DNA of 64,000 bases, taken from NCBI RefSeq assembly GCF_031769215.1, contig NW_026782299.1:3844001-3908000 (forward strand). The letters are read 5' to 3'. The stretch is from Ylistrum balloti (lineage: Eukaryota). Below the pieces are notes generated by a model. That model worked only from the letters and a program-made list of their open reading frames with translations. It made no database searches and was not told the DNA's origin. Of this stretch, positions 40,356 to 53,949 are shown piece by piece. The translations under genes and the position numbers were made by a program. Positions within the stretch are counted from its first letter, which is position 1. The number at the start of each line of letters is the position of its first letter.

Positions 40356-40566
40356 TTTTTAAACGTTGATGAAAGACGTTATTTAAACGAAATATCAGCA
40401 GAATTCAAGTTTATGTGCCGGTTTGAGTCCACGGTCATTAAAAATACACTGTATTTTTAATGACCGTGGACCTCGGATTTGTCAACCGGCACATAAACTG
40501 AATTCCTGATATTTCGTTTAAATAACGTCAGTCAAGTGCTAAAACAAAAATCAACGTTTAAAAAAT
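40356..40566. mobile_element. Foldback/MITE-like palindromic element
   Basis: Outer inverted repeat TTTTTAAACGTTGAT/ATCAACGTTTAAAAA encloses an inner ~155-bp near-perfect hairpin (40375-40529) with a 3-nt loop. It is not present at the equivalent position (~32460) of the other junction. Confidence 0.75.
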
Positions 40567-42300
40567 AATATCCTGGCCTCGAGTGCCTGTGGCCACTACC
40601 CAATAAAAATACCAAATGGGCCCGCATCGTTCACCACGTAATCAAGGTTCATCACAAATACATTAACATGTACATCAATCAACAAATCCAATTATTTTTA
40701 ACCAATTTATAAAACACTCACGTTCCTGACACTCAACTCTAAACAGTGACATTTATAACCTGCATTACCTGTAAATGTCACTCCCCCCCCCATATAACTT
40801 TTATAGGTATTTCGTATATCAGAAAAAAAATTACAAAGGTTTTGACAAATTTGACTGCCGTGACCTTGAATATTGGTCGAAGCCATTTCTTTTCACAAAC
40901 TTATTCGGGCACCATCTCGTTTGTGTGTCTTATTGCCCACATTCAGAGCAAATAGGAGGATAAAAGATAATCGTCAAACTAATATGAAGATCTTACAATG
41001 GTGGTTTTCAGATCCCTTTGGGAAACCTCTTTCTAGAGAGCTGTAATTGGCTTTCCTTCAGCTGGTTATATTTGGCTAGTGTAATAAAATAAGAGACAAA
41101 TGTTGATAATTCAATAACCATTTTTTATTAATATAACATATTTTAAAATGTAATGATAAATATCACAAAATCAATAATGTAAAAATACATCATTTAATTT
41201 TTAATATCAGTAGACAATATGAAGAATAGAGTAGAAAAATTTACCATTGTTTTTTCAAAAACTTCAAATAAAAATTTGGAAGATGTTGCACTTTATCAAA
41301 GAAAATACACCAGTTTGTTTTAAATGCTATAAAATAAAAATTGAGTAGAATATCTATATATGCAATATTCTCCTATATATAATATCACCCCATATAGTTA
41401 TCACATTATGTATCCCATACACTATATAAAGTATCCCAGTATAATTAAGATATTAAATTACTGTATAAAATACTAAATACTGTATAAAATTTCATTACAG
41501 AAAACTTGGTCTACATGCTTTCTGTTAAAAAATTTACTGTAACTGAAATAGATAATCTCAAAACTTGTAAAAAAAATTTAAAAAGACAAAGAAAAAAGAG
41601 AGCATAATTGATTCTTAAGTGTTTGCAAATGACATGAAAATATGGGCATTTTTTTCTCAAGAAAGTAAATGATTGAACATGACAATGAACTGTTCACTGT
41701 CAGAAAACCTAGTGCCATATTTATCCTGCAATAAGGCCAGGGAGTCAACCAACTCTGACTCGAGGTCTGGCCTTATTGCAGGACAAGAAAATGGTACTAC
41801 ATTGTAATTCTACATAAGAAGCAATAATACCATACTTTACCAAAGATACATGGTTGGACTTACTACCATGTGTTACTAATTGCCCGATATGCATTATTTT
41901 GTTGATCACATATCTAATTTTTCTCTGTAACACTATAACAAATTTAGTTAAATTCTGATTATCTCCATAGCCATTTAAAATCTGATTATAATATAAATGT
42001 CTTCATATTTACTATTCTCTCTTTTTTCTTCTGAAAGTATATACAAATATCCACACTTTTCATTTACATATATTTTGCTGCTCTACGATGTTTTTGTTTT
42101 GTATCATTAAATTTTGATATATTTCTTCTCTTCCTTATTACAAAAGAAAATATATTTCAAAAAACTGAAGTTATTTATATCTGATATTGTTAAATACTAA
42201 AAATCTAAAATCTGAGTATTTCCATGTTGTCATCATCAGCACAATGTAAAAAGTTATCAAAGTTAAAAAAAAACTGCTATAACCATAAAAAGTTGTATAT

Positions 42301-45300
42301 TTATGTAAATAAATTCTTCAGAATATTCTTTGTGGTTGGTTTCCATGTCTTCATCTGCCTGAGACTGAAGTAGCCATACTTGAACTTGCTGTAGCTGTGT
42401 TTGCCTGTGTAACCGTAGGCAATACCTTCCTCTGTAGCTTTGTGGGTCTGCACCAGTTTTTGTCCTGAAATCAAGCACCAAAAGTAAATACCAAGGATTT
42501 CTAAAATACTGAGTTTATTGTAAAAATCATCTAATATCAATCTAAGTAAACAGTGTTCCTTCAGATTAGCATGATAGTTACATGTCATGTTTTAGCTTAC
42601 TAACCTTTTTCAAAGCTCAGGCTGGTGTTATCTGCGGAACTGTGTGTCACAAGAGCTTTAAGTTGACGACATTGTTTTAGGGGTACACCATGGTAAGGGT
42701 ATTGGGCCACGTCCCTGTGAGAAATGTCCTGCTCCATCTTGTTTACAGAGACTTGCTCTTCCTCACTGTTTACCCATCCTTGTCTACAGACACGAGGTGG
42801 TGGAGTATCATCTTCTTCATCTGAATCCTGGGAGGGCATAGAAAACTTCCTTACTGATGTTTCCTTGTCAACATGTTGTGGAGACATTTTTGTACCGAGT
42901 TCCTGAAGTGTGGAATTTTCCTCTTTTGTCACTGATTTTCTCACTTTCTTGGCATGTTTTGATTGTTCCATCACATCATCACTGATCTCTTGTCTAGATA
43001 TTTTGTTTTCTCCTGTTGTTTTAGTTTTAGAATGTTTTCTCATGTGGTCATTGGAACATTCACCATCTGATTCTGAAAAAAACGAAATAATGGAAATTGA
43101 AATTCAACTTTAAAGAACTTGCTTAATTTCCTTTTTTGGGCTCCACCCCACAAGGTGAATTAAAAACTTGTCAAAACCAATTAATACAGATTATCTCCCT
43201 TATTTAAAGCCAAACTAGCATCAATCCCTATTACTCATTGATTTTCTTTTTTAAACATATGGAAAAAAATGTATTTAAACAACAAAATGAAGTGATACAG
43301 ATGTGATAAGAAGGGATGATACACATTCCCTATCATGGGAACATCACTGGCAGACAAAACATGTTTATTCAATAATAATTACCATTTGAATGTTTGGAGG
43401 ATGAAGACCTCTTCGAAGAAGACTTTGTCTCCTGAGGAGAGGGCATTGTAAATTCGACTGGAGATTCTAAGATCTGTCTGTATACAGGCTCTGGAGCGGA
43501 AGCTGTCTCTGAATATCCCAATTCTCGCAGTTGCTCCTGAAAAAATTCATACATAATTTTGAAATCAGACATGTATTAGGAAGTTTTATAAATTTCATTA
43601 AAACACATTACAGCAATGATCAGATGGTTATCAATTGATAAATATAATAAAAGGTAGTATATCTCTATTTGGTCATCAATTTCTGCTCTGTCATCAGAGA
43701 ACATCAGTGATATGAATCGCCATTACAGCAACATTCAGAAATAAATATTGATTTGAATACAAAATTTTCCATACTCAGAGCTTTAAATGTGACTCTATTG
43801 AAAGATAGCATCATTAATTTCAAAGTCTTTTAACAACTCACAGAGACACAGACATTCAAATCTATCAAACCAGTGTATGATTACACATTGCTTCATAGGA
43901 GAAAGTTCTAAACATACACTGAGTTTGAGTATTATACTATTCATTTGCACTTACTGCAATGTTTGGAAACTTGTAGACAAAGACATCATCTTTCCTCGTC
44001 AAGGACACCTTTGGAAGGTCAATGAATGTTGGCGATACTGATGCCATCAAGTCAAGCGTTGCCTGTGATTTTTCAGTTCTGCAAATAAGAAATTTAAATT
44101 CCTTTTTAATTGGTATTAGTGTAATGCTCTGGACAAAATTTAAGTATGAAAAATAATAAATGGCAATTATTCCTAAATAAATGATAAAAGAGTGATGATT
44201 CAGGTGCAATGCACTTCTCATTATTGAAATTTATCTATCTATGAAGTTTCAAGGGCAATAACTCTTAAATTATGCAAAACAAGTGACGGTTCTGGTGCAC
44301 ATCCTATTGTTGATATCTATGAAATTCCATATTCATACCTTTTATAGTTTTAGTGGAATGCTCTAGACAAATTTAAGTATGAAAAATAATAAAGGGCAAT
44401 AACTCCTTAATTATGCATCAGATGGTTCTTGTGCACTGCACTTCTCCTTGTTAAGATCTATCTACCTATGAAATGTTATATTGATATCTCTTACACATAG
44501 ATGGATGGATAGACAAAAGGCAAAATGGCTAATCATTATTTTCGTTGAGTAAAATATACTCTTGCCTGGTAATAAGCCCACCAGTCTAATAGAATTGAAG
44601 TTGATATGCCAAGAAATGCTGAATATCATTGTCTGTACTGAGCCCCATTCCCCACCTTGTTTGAGGGATAGGTAATGTTTATGTCTCCTGAACTTATTGT
44701 AAAATAAATTAGATATATCAAATTCTACCTGTTGGTCTCCTGTTGGTTCAATATCTGTACAAATTTGTTCATGGCAGCATTGCTAACTTTCACTCGTTTT
44801 TCTTCAAATTTTTCCATTTCACCTGCTATCCTGATCATACCCTGCAATTAACCATATAACATAATACTGTTGATTTTCTGATCTTATTTTTCATTAATAT
44901 CTAACAAGTTTAATTCAGATTCTGGCTGTATGAAATACACCATAAAAAATAATCAATGAAAATAACATGACAAGATCCTTATTTAGATTTCACCAATGAA
45001 GAATCACTTATCCAATCACATGTATAATTCATTCCGATTGTCATCAAACTCTCAAAACTCTTTAAAGAAATTGTTAATATGTAGAATGTCAAACTCTCAA
45101 TAAAATCAGCAGTGGTAATGGACTAATGGTAACAGAAAGTGGAGAGAAAATAAAATTGGTTGGCAATCCCTCTAACTTGGGTGAAAATGGAAGAGATGAT
45201 ATATACTCTGTAACATTGTATTCCGGGCATAACAACATTATCAGTACTGATTATAGTGCCAATTCTTTATACCAGGTATCAATATCAAATTATATTGACA

Positions 45301-47169
45301 AGTTTTTACCTCTTGAAGATATTTTTGGCTTTCAGCTTCTTCTATCATTAAAGCCTGGCACTGTCTCAGAGATTTGTCAAGGCGATTGATCAATTCTTTT
45401 TCCAACCCTTTAAGAGTTCTCTGCTCTTTGATCTGACGGGCTGATGCATCTACGTCCAAATTGACACTAATCTGCAGAGCAGCTTGAACATTTTGTAGCT
45501 TCTTCTGACATTTTGTTAGTTGTTCACGTATCTTTGTCAATGTCTGGATTGTGAAGAAAATATTTTCATGACCAGGTTATAATATTCATTATCTTGGATA
45601 ATGAAATGATCAATTATAATTTTACACCAGAAGAAAACTTTCAATTTCATACCGAAGTAAAACTCAAAATTATAATCTAGACAAATACAATTGGAATAAC
45701 ACAATATGAAATTTTAAAAACTACCTTTTTCTCCTTTTTCAAAAGTGTGATTTTGTTTGCATGGTCATCAAGCAAGTTGGAATACTGTTTTTTCAATTCT
45801 TCTGGTCTCGTTTTTGTTGTAGGATTATCCAACCATCTGTTTTTATAAAACAGAAACATTTCATATTGAACAGAAAATAATTTCTATCTACAACAAAATG
45901 CATACAGGCAAACTGCACTTCAAATCATATGTTTTAATTTAAAACATCAATAAAAAATACTTAATGTTTCACATTTGGTTTATCAACAAGAGCATACCAC
46001 CAATATTTTATCACACTATTAATTACAAGCTAAGGACTTTCCTGAACGCTGAATTTTACCTTTTAATTGTTTCATACGGTCCATCAACTTCAGCTAATTT
46101 GGACACCATGGCCTGTTGGAGGACGACAGTACTTTTCATGTAAGCCAGGTAATTTTCCTTAAAATTCTCAAACAGGTTGTGACTTGATGCTGTGAACAAC
46201 ACCAGGTACAAAAAATGTACTTATATCAATGGAATATTGGTTTCTCTGGGACATGGAAATATTCTCCAATTGTATATTTCACTCTGTGAAGAGTTAACAG
46301 GAAAATAAGATTTTATAAAACAATAATAAGACTTTTCAAAAAATTTAATATAATGATTTTGCATAATTTCCTGGCAGTATCAATATTGACATTTTACGAA
46401 AGGAAGTTACTGTGTATGACTTCACTATATTATGAAAAGAATATATAATATACGGAATATAGTTATGACAACTCATGAACAGAGAAATTCCAAAGCTATT
46501 AACATTGTGTTAAGCAGATCTACATCACCACATGCCACGAGACCTCGAACATTACAAATGCTAAATGAAGCAACCAAGTCAATAGGCCTAGTGTTAAAAA
46601 GGCTTCATTTAGTAATCAAAAATTCCTGTGCAGATATGTTTAGAAGATCTGACATTTAGTACTTACCACTCTCATTCAATGATTTCAAAGAAGAATTATT
46701 TTGCTTTTCTATAAGTTGAAGTTGGGAAGACTCATACCCAAGTCGGTCTTTGATGATATGCTTAATATGTGCGGCTATCCTGAAATAGTTGAAAAAAATA
46801 TATTTATTGTCAGTAGACCTGGAGTTTTCTTGTAATCTTTAACTGGGACAATAGACAATAAATGTGCCTGTTCACTGGACTGGTTACGATAGAATCATAA
46901 ATATTTCATACATTCTTTTTAGATATAATGGTACCGCTTGTACTGGTTTTAGAATGCTGAATCTCGGTTGAGTATTACATACTGATGTCATGAATGCGGT
47001 CTTGAAACCTAATCATAACACTTAACATATGTTTTTACCATCAAATATTCATCTTAAAATGATAAATGACTTACTCTCGTCCCTTGACGAGACTGTCAAT
47101 TGTTTCTTCTTTCAGTATACGCATTCTACAGCTCATTTTCTTCGGAGGACTTTCAGTACACGACTCTAT
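42301..47169 (-). CDS. F-BAR + atypical SH3 protein, copy 3; first ATG is mutated to ATA (47169-47167) and the next in-frame ATG is at 47136. Exons: 47169-47075, 46779-46667, 46189-46060, 45836-45725, 45543-45310, 44841-44729, 44078-43955, 43536-43383, 43072-42605, 42464-42301
   Basis: Exon lengths are identical to copies 1 and 2 and the frame is open. The plus strand reads GACTCTATGATC here versus GACTCCATGATT in the other copies. Confidence 0.72.
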
Positions 47170-48149
47170 GATCGATTCACAAATGGAATATGGCGCCTTA
47201 GCAACCCTCCAAAAGTCACGTGCCATAGGCTAGTTGCGACATCTGCTGTTAAACTCTATGTATAAGGGAGATGACTCTTAAAATAACGTGTCCTTGTTTT
47301 ACGTGCAAATCGACTTTAGTATTAATTTTTCTTTTAACCATTAATTCAATTCCCAGTATACAAATTTTCCATTTAAATTGATTAAATTGATATAATGTAT
47401 CGAGTTTGTGCTTTTTGTAAATATTTTTTTCAAGATTTTAGATCAAATTCTATGATTAGGATGTTTTTTCTTATTTTATGAAAAATCAAACCACGGAATA
47501 AGATATATGTACATCTAACCGTCCGTTGATTTCATTCAGTGCAGTGGCGTAGCAAAAATGTGCGCTTGTTTGCGTAAGCACGCATTTGCATTCCACTGAG
47601 ATTTTTTTGTTTTTGTTTTTTTACTTTTGTTTTTTTTTTAATCGTGTTGCTTTGTTCAATAAATATGCATTTACATGCATGTATATCTATAACACCAAAC
47701 CATCATTTTGTTTTTCCGGATGTAGTACATATTTTGATACGAAATATTCAGCAATTGGGATATATTTGGTTCTGATTTTTATTGTAACAATTCTATATCC
47801 GGGTTTTAAAGTTTGTACCCGCGACACTACCAGAATGGCACCGCGTAAAATTACCAAAATTTACAACGCTAACCGAATACGTTGATCTACCACGGTTCAC
47901 AAGACAATTTAGGCAATGAAAACAAGAAGACCAGCATTTCTGATACTATGTCTGGTGACACATCTCAAGGAAAATCTCAGCGTTCTGAGTATAAGCCTCC
48001 TTATTATGACATTAACATAATTTCAGAAAAAAACTGAAGGATGACAGTGTCCGTCGTTCTCTTTTGACGGAAAAACAACAAACAAACAAACGTACAAAAT
48101 AACTCACAACATGATAAGTTTTCCATTGATAAATCACTAGTGCGCCTAA

Positions 48150-48460
48150 GGATCAATGCCCCAGTCCCGTCACCCCAATCCTGTCGGCTGACGTGTGATT
48201 CCAGTCGTGACAATACCAAGGGTTATTGGAAGGTAACGCTGTACCTTGTCATCGTGCAACAGCTGCTAACCGAACTGGAAACAAGACTGGTTGACAGTGA
48301 GGGGAGATTCAAGGGTGAAGTACTTCTTCCTAAAAAGCTTGATCCGCATCTTAATGCAGAAATGATTTAAGCACCACACGAAGCCAACACCTACAATGTT
48401 GATCTGACCGATCCTTTCACTTACTGCCGTGAAATCGAACATTGTTGGACTGGTGTATGG
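48150..48460 (+). mobile_element. Probable hAT-superfamily transposase relic
   Basis: YWKVTLYLVIVQQLLTELETRLVDSEGRFKGEVLLPKKLD resembles the Y...LI.EL..RF....LLP segment that precedes the hAT C-terminal region. It is interrupted by stops. A CAGTGGCGTAGC TIR-like motif lies at ~47540. Recognition only. Confidence 0.45.
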
Positions 48461-50289
48461 TTATTGTTATGACTTAACACTAATTTTAGACTTAAAATTT
48501 TGAATAAAGAATCAACATAACAGTTTCTCAAAGACTTCTCCATGAAGTTTAATGACGGTGGAACCATGGAACAGACTGTATTTGTTGTCACTATGATTGC
48601 GATGTGGGTGACATAAATAGACTGGCATCCTTATGTACGTCACTCAGATTACATTCATATTGACAATAAATAGTTCAACAGTTATATTTCAGATATTTTC
48701 TAAAAAATAGAAATCTTCTTTTCAATCTTATCAAGTTGCAAAGCATATTATTAAAACTATACTATGTAATCATTATAGTAAAGTACATGTAATTGTCTTA
48801 TGGTTTAGAATGTATCTTTACTCCTGTGAAAACAATCCAAACATATTTAAATATTACTGTTTAATGTATGTTGTATATTTAAACTCCACTAAACATGAAG
48901 TAACATCTTCAGAATATATCGCCTAGTTTACTACAAAGAAGTGAACTGTGCATTATTCTTTATTCTATTTCATTTCAACTCAATGTTGTGTTTAATTAAA
49001 TATTACAGAGACCACAAGGCAGTGCTATCTTACTTAAAGTTTATTCATACTTGATAGTAAATCACAATACGTGTCCAATTTTCTAGAGGAAAATCTGTGC
49101 AAATGTTATTATATATGTATGCAAGTCCATGGTTTAACCAACACAAATGTTTCTACAGAATAATCAATGCAAGGTTTTATAATTACTGAAAAGGTAATGT
49201 TTTATGATGTTTAATGAATTTCTATAATGTTATATCCATGCTTGTAGTCCATTGAAGAAAAGACACCAGGAAACCGAACAAACAGCAATAGATGAGAGCA
49301 TCAGAAGGAGGAGCACTTCATGAACCACCTGAAAAATCTGTGTCTAAAACAAATTAAACCGTCTCAGCAAAGTGTTTTTGAAGCAACTAAAAAGTGACGT
49401 ATTTCTTAAATCCGTTCTCCACTTCTGACTTGCTGTTTCATATCCATATTTTGTATTGTATGTAACAATATGGGTCATAAGGCTTAAGAGTCAATAAAGA
49501 GATCCAACAATTGAAAAAAATATCATCCTTCAAATTGTTATCGATCATCGAAGAGTGATATTACCATATTCTCTAACATTTATTTTACTGTAGCTATCTA
49601 CTGTGTGAAACTGTTACCCTCCCTAACCCATGGTTGTGTCCTTTGGCAAGACACCTATCCTAATTGATCTGGATGGCATGCCAGTCCTCCCACACGTTGT
49701 TAAACATGTAATTTTATCAACTTACAACAATCATACTGGTTATAAAACCGCTCATTATATACATACTGTTATCCATTTCAGTTGTGTGGCATGGCCTGTA
49801 TCACAAACACACTGAACCAAGATCTCAGTTAAGTATGATATATAACGCAGTGTATTAATCGTCTTTGTCAATGGGCAGTGACAACACATACCTTCAAATT
49901 CATTGTAAATGACATACATTGTTTAAAAGAATAATTGGAAATTCTGTTTAAAGTGATGCATAAATAACATATAATGTCAAAAAAGGATCTTTCGTGCTAA
50001 GAGCATATAGTTAATGACGCGCTAAAAAACAATTATTTTTGCCTAATTTTGGTTAGTTACTGTTTCAAGCAATTGATGTGATTTCAAATTTTAAAAGTTT
50101 ATAAAATTTAATTTGGTCAATATTCAGTCTTAATTTTGATTTAATAAGATAAATAAGAAAAATTAATGATCATTTTGAACTTCAATATTTTAATAATATG
50201 TACTAGATTCTCTAAAAGGGGACCTTGGTCATCATGTCACTGTAGAAGAGCGTTCAGGTCATCATACTAGCCTCTGAGTGGGAATTTCC

Positions 50290-50410
50290 CTCAGTCAAGT
50301 GGTAGAGTGTCCATCTAGAGAATGAACCCTATCAGGGGCATGGGTGCTTTTTCATTACTACTTCCTTTTACAAATTTTTACAACCCAGGTTCAAATCCTG
50401 ACACAGCACC
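50290..50410 (+). mobile_element. Possible tRNA-derived SINE remnant
   Basis: An A-box-like TCAAGTGGTAGAG and a B-box GGTTCAAATCC are present, but the spacing is too long for a plain tRNA. Confidence 0.3.
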
Positions 50411-50864
50411 AAATCTAATTGAAGGAGTATTAAACTAGTAACTCTAAGTTATCTAACCAGACACTCTACCACTTAACCTGAACTCTCTCCTTTTCCATCA
50501 CAATGATATATCATTAAGGTTATAAACATGTACTGAAGCACACAACATTCTCACAGATTCTAGAGGGTGAGAATATGAATGAGTCCAGGCTTCTCCACCA
50601 AATGATGTACTTGCTAAGCAGTCTGTGAAATGATGTTATGTTAGACAAAAAAAAAAACAAAGATGTGTTTCAGTTTTGTTGGTTTACATTTTAATATACC
50701 TCTGAAGCGCATGATACAGTATCAAAAATAGGCTTTCTGGGTAGATTTATGAAAGATAAATACAAACTAGCCAGTCAGATTATGAATCACACCATATCTT
50801 CATCAAAGTTTAAGATATTCACATAGCTAGGTAGTGCTGTACACAGAACATTCAAGAACCTTTT

Positions 50865-51070
50865 TATTTACTTCATGTAAAAGTTTATACTTTTACAACA
50901 ATATTATTCCATTTTTTTTTCTTTTAATTTGATTTACAACCATATCAGTGAAATCTAAATGAAAATATCACAAAGTATTTAAAATTTTTTACTTCATATA
51001 AAAGTTTATACTTTTACAATGATATTATTCCATTTGTTTTTTCTTTGAATTTGATTTACACCCATATCAG
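50865..51070. repeat. Tandem duplication, ~120-bp unit x2
   Basis: TTTACTTCAT(G/A)TAAAAGTTTATACTTTTACAA...TTGATTTACA.C.CATATCAGT occurs twice. Confidence 0.8.
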
Positions 51071-51534
51071 TATTTTTTAATTTTCTGATAATTTTAAATA
51101 AACAATGAGAATGATATTTCTTACCTTTCTATCAACTAGAAGTTGCAGAATCATTAACAGACTGGACTATAGGAAAGATTGTTAGAAATGAAAAGCTCAG
51201 AATTGCTGGACAGTGGGATATCCAGACTGGAGACTGGCACTTACTACTGATATACAACAAAGTTCAATTCAAATGTCTGTAGACCTCTGATCATTCAACT
51301 GTCAGATTGTCAGTAAAATGTCACCCGATTCACCTCAACAAAACTGTTTTGATTTTGAAGAACTTCCACATCTTTCAGACTTTCATATGATGCTCACTTA
51401 ATAAAAATGTTGGTATATACACTAATAAGGTTTTAACATGGTACAATGTGTATGTACAAATTGGACTTGATCCAGGATTTCATCTTCAATTATAACAGGA
51501 TTAAAACCTACCCCTCTTGTTAAATTGTGCTTTC

Positions 51535-52050
51535 TGTCTATACCAAGCTCTACCACTGTGTTACAGCAGAGATGCTGTATACACTTAAAGTCATAGTTAG
51601 ATATACCAAGCTCTACCACCGTGTTACAGCAGAGATGCTGTATACACTTAAAGTCATAGTTAGATATACCAAGCTCTACCACTGTGTTACAGCAGAGATG
51701 CTGTATACACTTAAAGTCATAGTTAGATATACCAAGCTCTACCACTGTGTTACAGCAGAGATGCTGTATACACTTAACTCAGTGTTAGATATACCAAGCT
51801 CTACCACCGTGTTACAGCAGAGATGCTGTATACACTTAGAGTCATAGTTAGATATACCAAGCTCTACCACCGTGTTACAGCAGAGATGCTGTATACACTG
51901 AACTCATTGTTAGATATACCAAGCTCTACCACTGTGTTACAGCATGTATATATCTAATTACCACCGTGTTACAGCAGAGATGCTGTATACACTTAGAGTC
52001 ATAGTTAGATATACCAAGCTCTAACCGTGTTACAGCAGAGATGCTGTATA
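51535..52050. repeat. 63-bp minisatellite, ~8 copies
   Basis: Unit TATACCAAGCTCTACCACTGTGTTACAGCAGAGATGCTGTATACACTTAAAGTCATAGTTAGA. Confidence 0.95.
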
Positions 52051-53949
52051 TTTGTTAGAATTCTACTGTGGAGTATATAGAATTATATCTGGTAATAGAA
52101 TTATATCTGGTTGACATTTAAAATATTTTGAAGAATTTTACTATCTTTAGCACTGAGAAAGATTATTGTGTACATAGTAGGACATCATCGACAGATTTTG
52201 GCAAACATACTTCAGTGTATAACATGTTTCTGATTAAATAATATTAAAAACAACCGATAACAACTGTGAATGAGGAATAATTGATGAATATAAAAAAATA
52301 TAATATGTTATTTTATCTATCAAATCAAATGCAATATAACAGAAAGTAGAAAATGCAAAGGTAATGCTCAAACCTGGTTCTGGTGAGATGTAGAACTTAG
52401 GTTATGATGGGGTGAATCTAAACAAAATCTCTGCAGATGTTCTCAAGATATGATATTTTCAGAACAGGATTAGGAAGGGATGATGGGAGGCATGGGCATC
52501 CGCAACACATTAAGCCCGCCCACCCCTCACCCGCTATATATTTCATACACTGATGTACATAAAGGTCATCCAAGTACACTCTATACCAAGACACTACAAA
52601 TCAATTTCACAAAATAAACTACAGAAACAACTTGATGAATTCTTTAACACTGGGAAAACCAAGAAGTATTTTACAACTTTATAGCTAGCATTCAGAGATC
52701 TGTAACCATTTTACATCAATATTTTGGGTCAGGTATATAGGATTTCCAACCTGCACCATGAATGAATCTAATCTAAACATCAATGTATTCAGAAGCCGAG
52801 GTATGGGAGTCCTACAATACTGTTGTAAAAAGAAAAAACTAAGGAAATGCATGCTAGGATTGAAATTTATGACCCTTTGGTCCTAGCCAGATATCATTCC
52901 CTCTAGCTAATTCAGGCAACCTAACCTCTCCTTCTACACCAGGAATTAAGTAATCTTTTTTTCTCAGAATATTTTCTTCAGGTATGTAATATACAGAAAA
53001 AATATATCACAATCACTTGAGAAAATGTATGCGAGACATTTCAAAGACTTTCACTTTCAATATGACAAGTATGAAGCATATTTACACCAAGGTATACAGT
53101 GTATGAGACGGTAATGAAATAAGAGAACATTTGTAATATAATGTTATGTATACTAAGGAAGATATCAAATTATAGTGAAAGCAAGCTCATCAACTGATCT
53201 TCCACATATACATGAGATGGTATCAAGTTATTTTGGTCCATCCCTGCCTAGTCAATTTTTATTGGGCATCTGTAAAGAAAAGATCCCCTAAATCATAACC
53301 GTTTCTGGTCATTTTTTTTTTAAACTGAGCAAATTAAACATGGCCACACAATGTAGACATCTTGGATTTTTACAATACATTGGGATTTTTTGTCTGAGGG
53401 TTTCAGTTAAAACACAGAATCAGATAACTAACCAAAGGTCAAGGTCATTAAATCAAGATGAGTTTTCTATCTTTTGAAAGGTAAGCAATTCTTAAAAAAT
53501 TTTGGTTAAGAAGCAGAGTCGGTTGGAATTAAATCTGAAGTAATCTGCACTTAGATTTCAAAGACACCAAGAAAAGTTGGGTGACAATCAAATAAAAGGT
53601 CAAATGATTATCAGGTCAAAAGATAAATTAATCTTTCCTGGAAATTTTTTTTAAAATGTTATTTTGAAGCTATAAATTGGTTAAACTGAACTAAGATCAA
53701 GCTCGCTATATAGGTAAGACACATAATAGGATTATTAGTGTAGTAAGTGAATGTTTCATTTCTTTGTTCAAATACACACATATATATATGGAGATCATTT
53801 GCTTTGTGGCTGGATTCAAGTAGTTCACAAAGTTTATTAAATGTACATGAGTAATCAATTACATTACTTTTGTATACACTGTTTTCACAGTGCACTTTCA
53901 ATATTACAGCACATTATACTATCAATATTACAGCATAGTGCATTCAATA

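Larger units (their letters stand above)
24430..47230. repeat. Head-to-tail segmental triplication, ~8-kb unit (about 24430-32820, 32820-40920 and 40920-47230)
   Basis: Exons, introns and intergenic DNA align end to end between the copies at high identity (mid-to-high 90s %, estimated by eye), with private indels. The ORF track is repeated three times. Confidence 0.97.

Noticed and set aside
49234-49323. Possible plus-strand terminal exon (PLKKRHQETEQTAIDESIRRRSTS*)
   Set aside because: I could not link it to upstream exons or to any recognisable protein.
51422-51847. ORFs with 21-aa repeats (VELGISNYDFKCIQHLCCNTV)
   Set aside because: These are translations of a 63-bp minisatellite, with no supporting exon structure.
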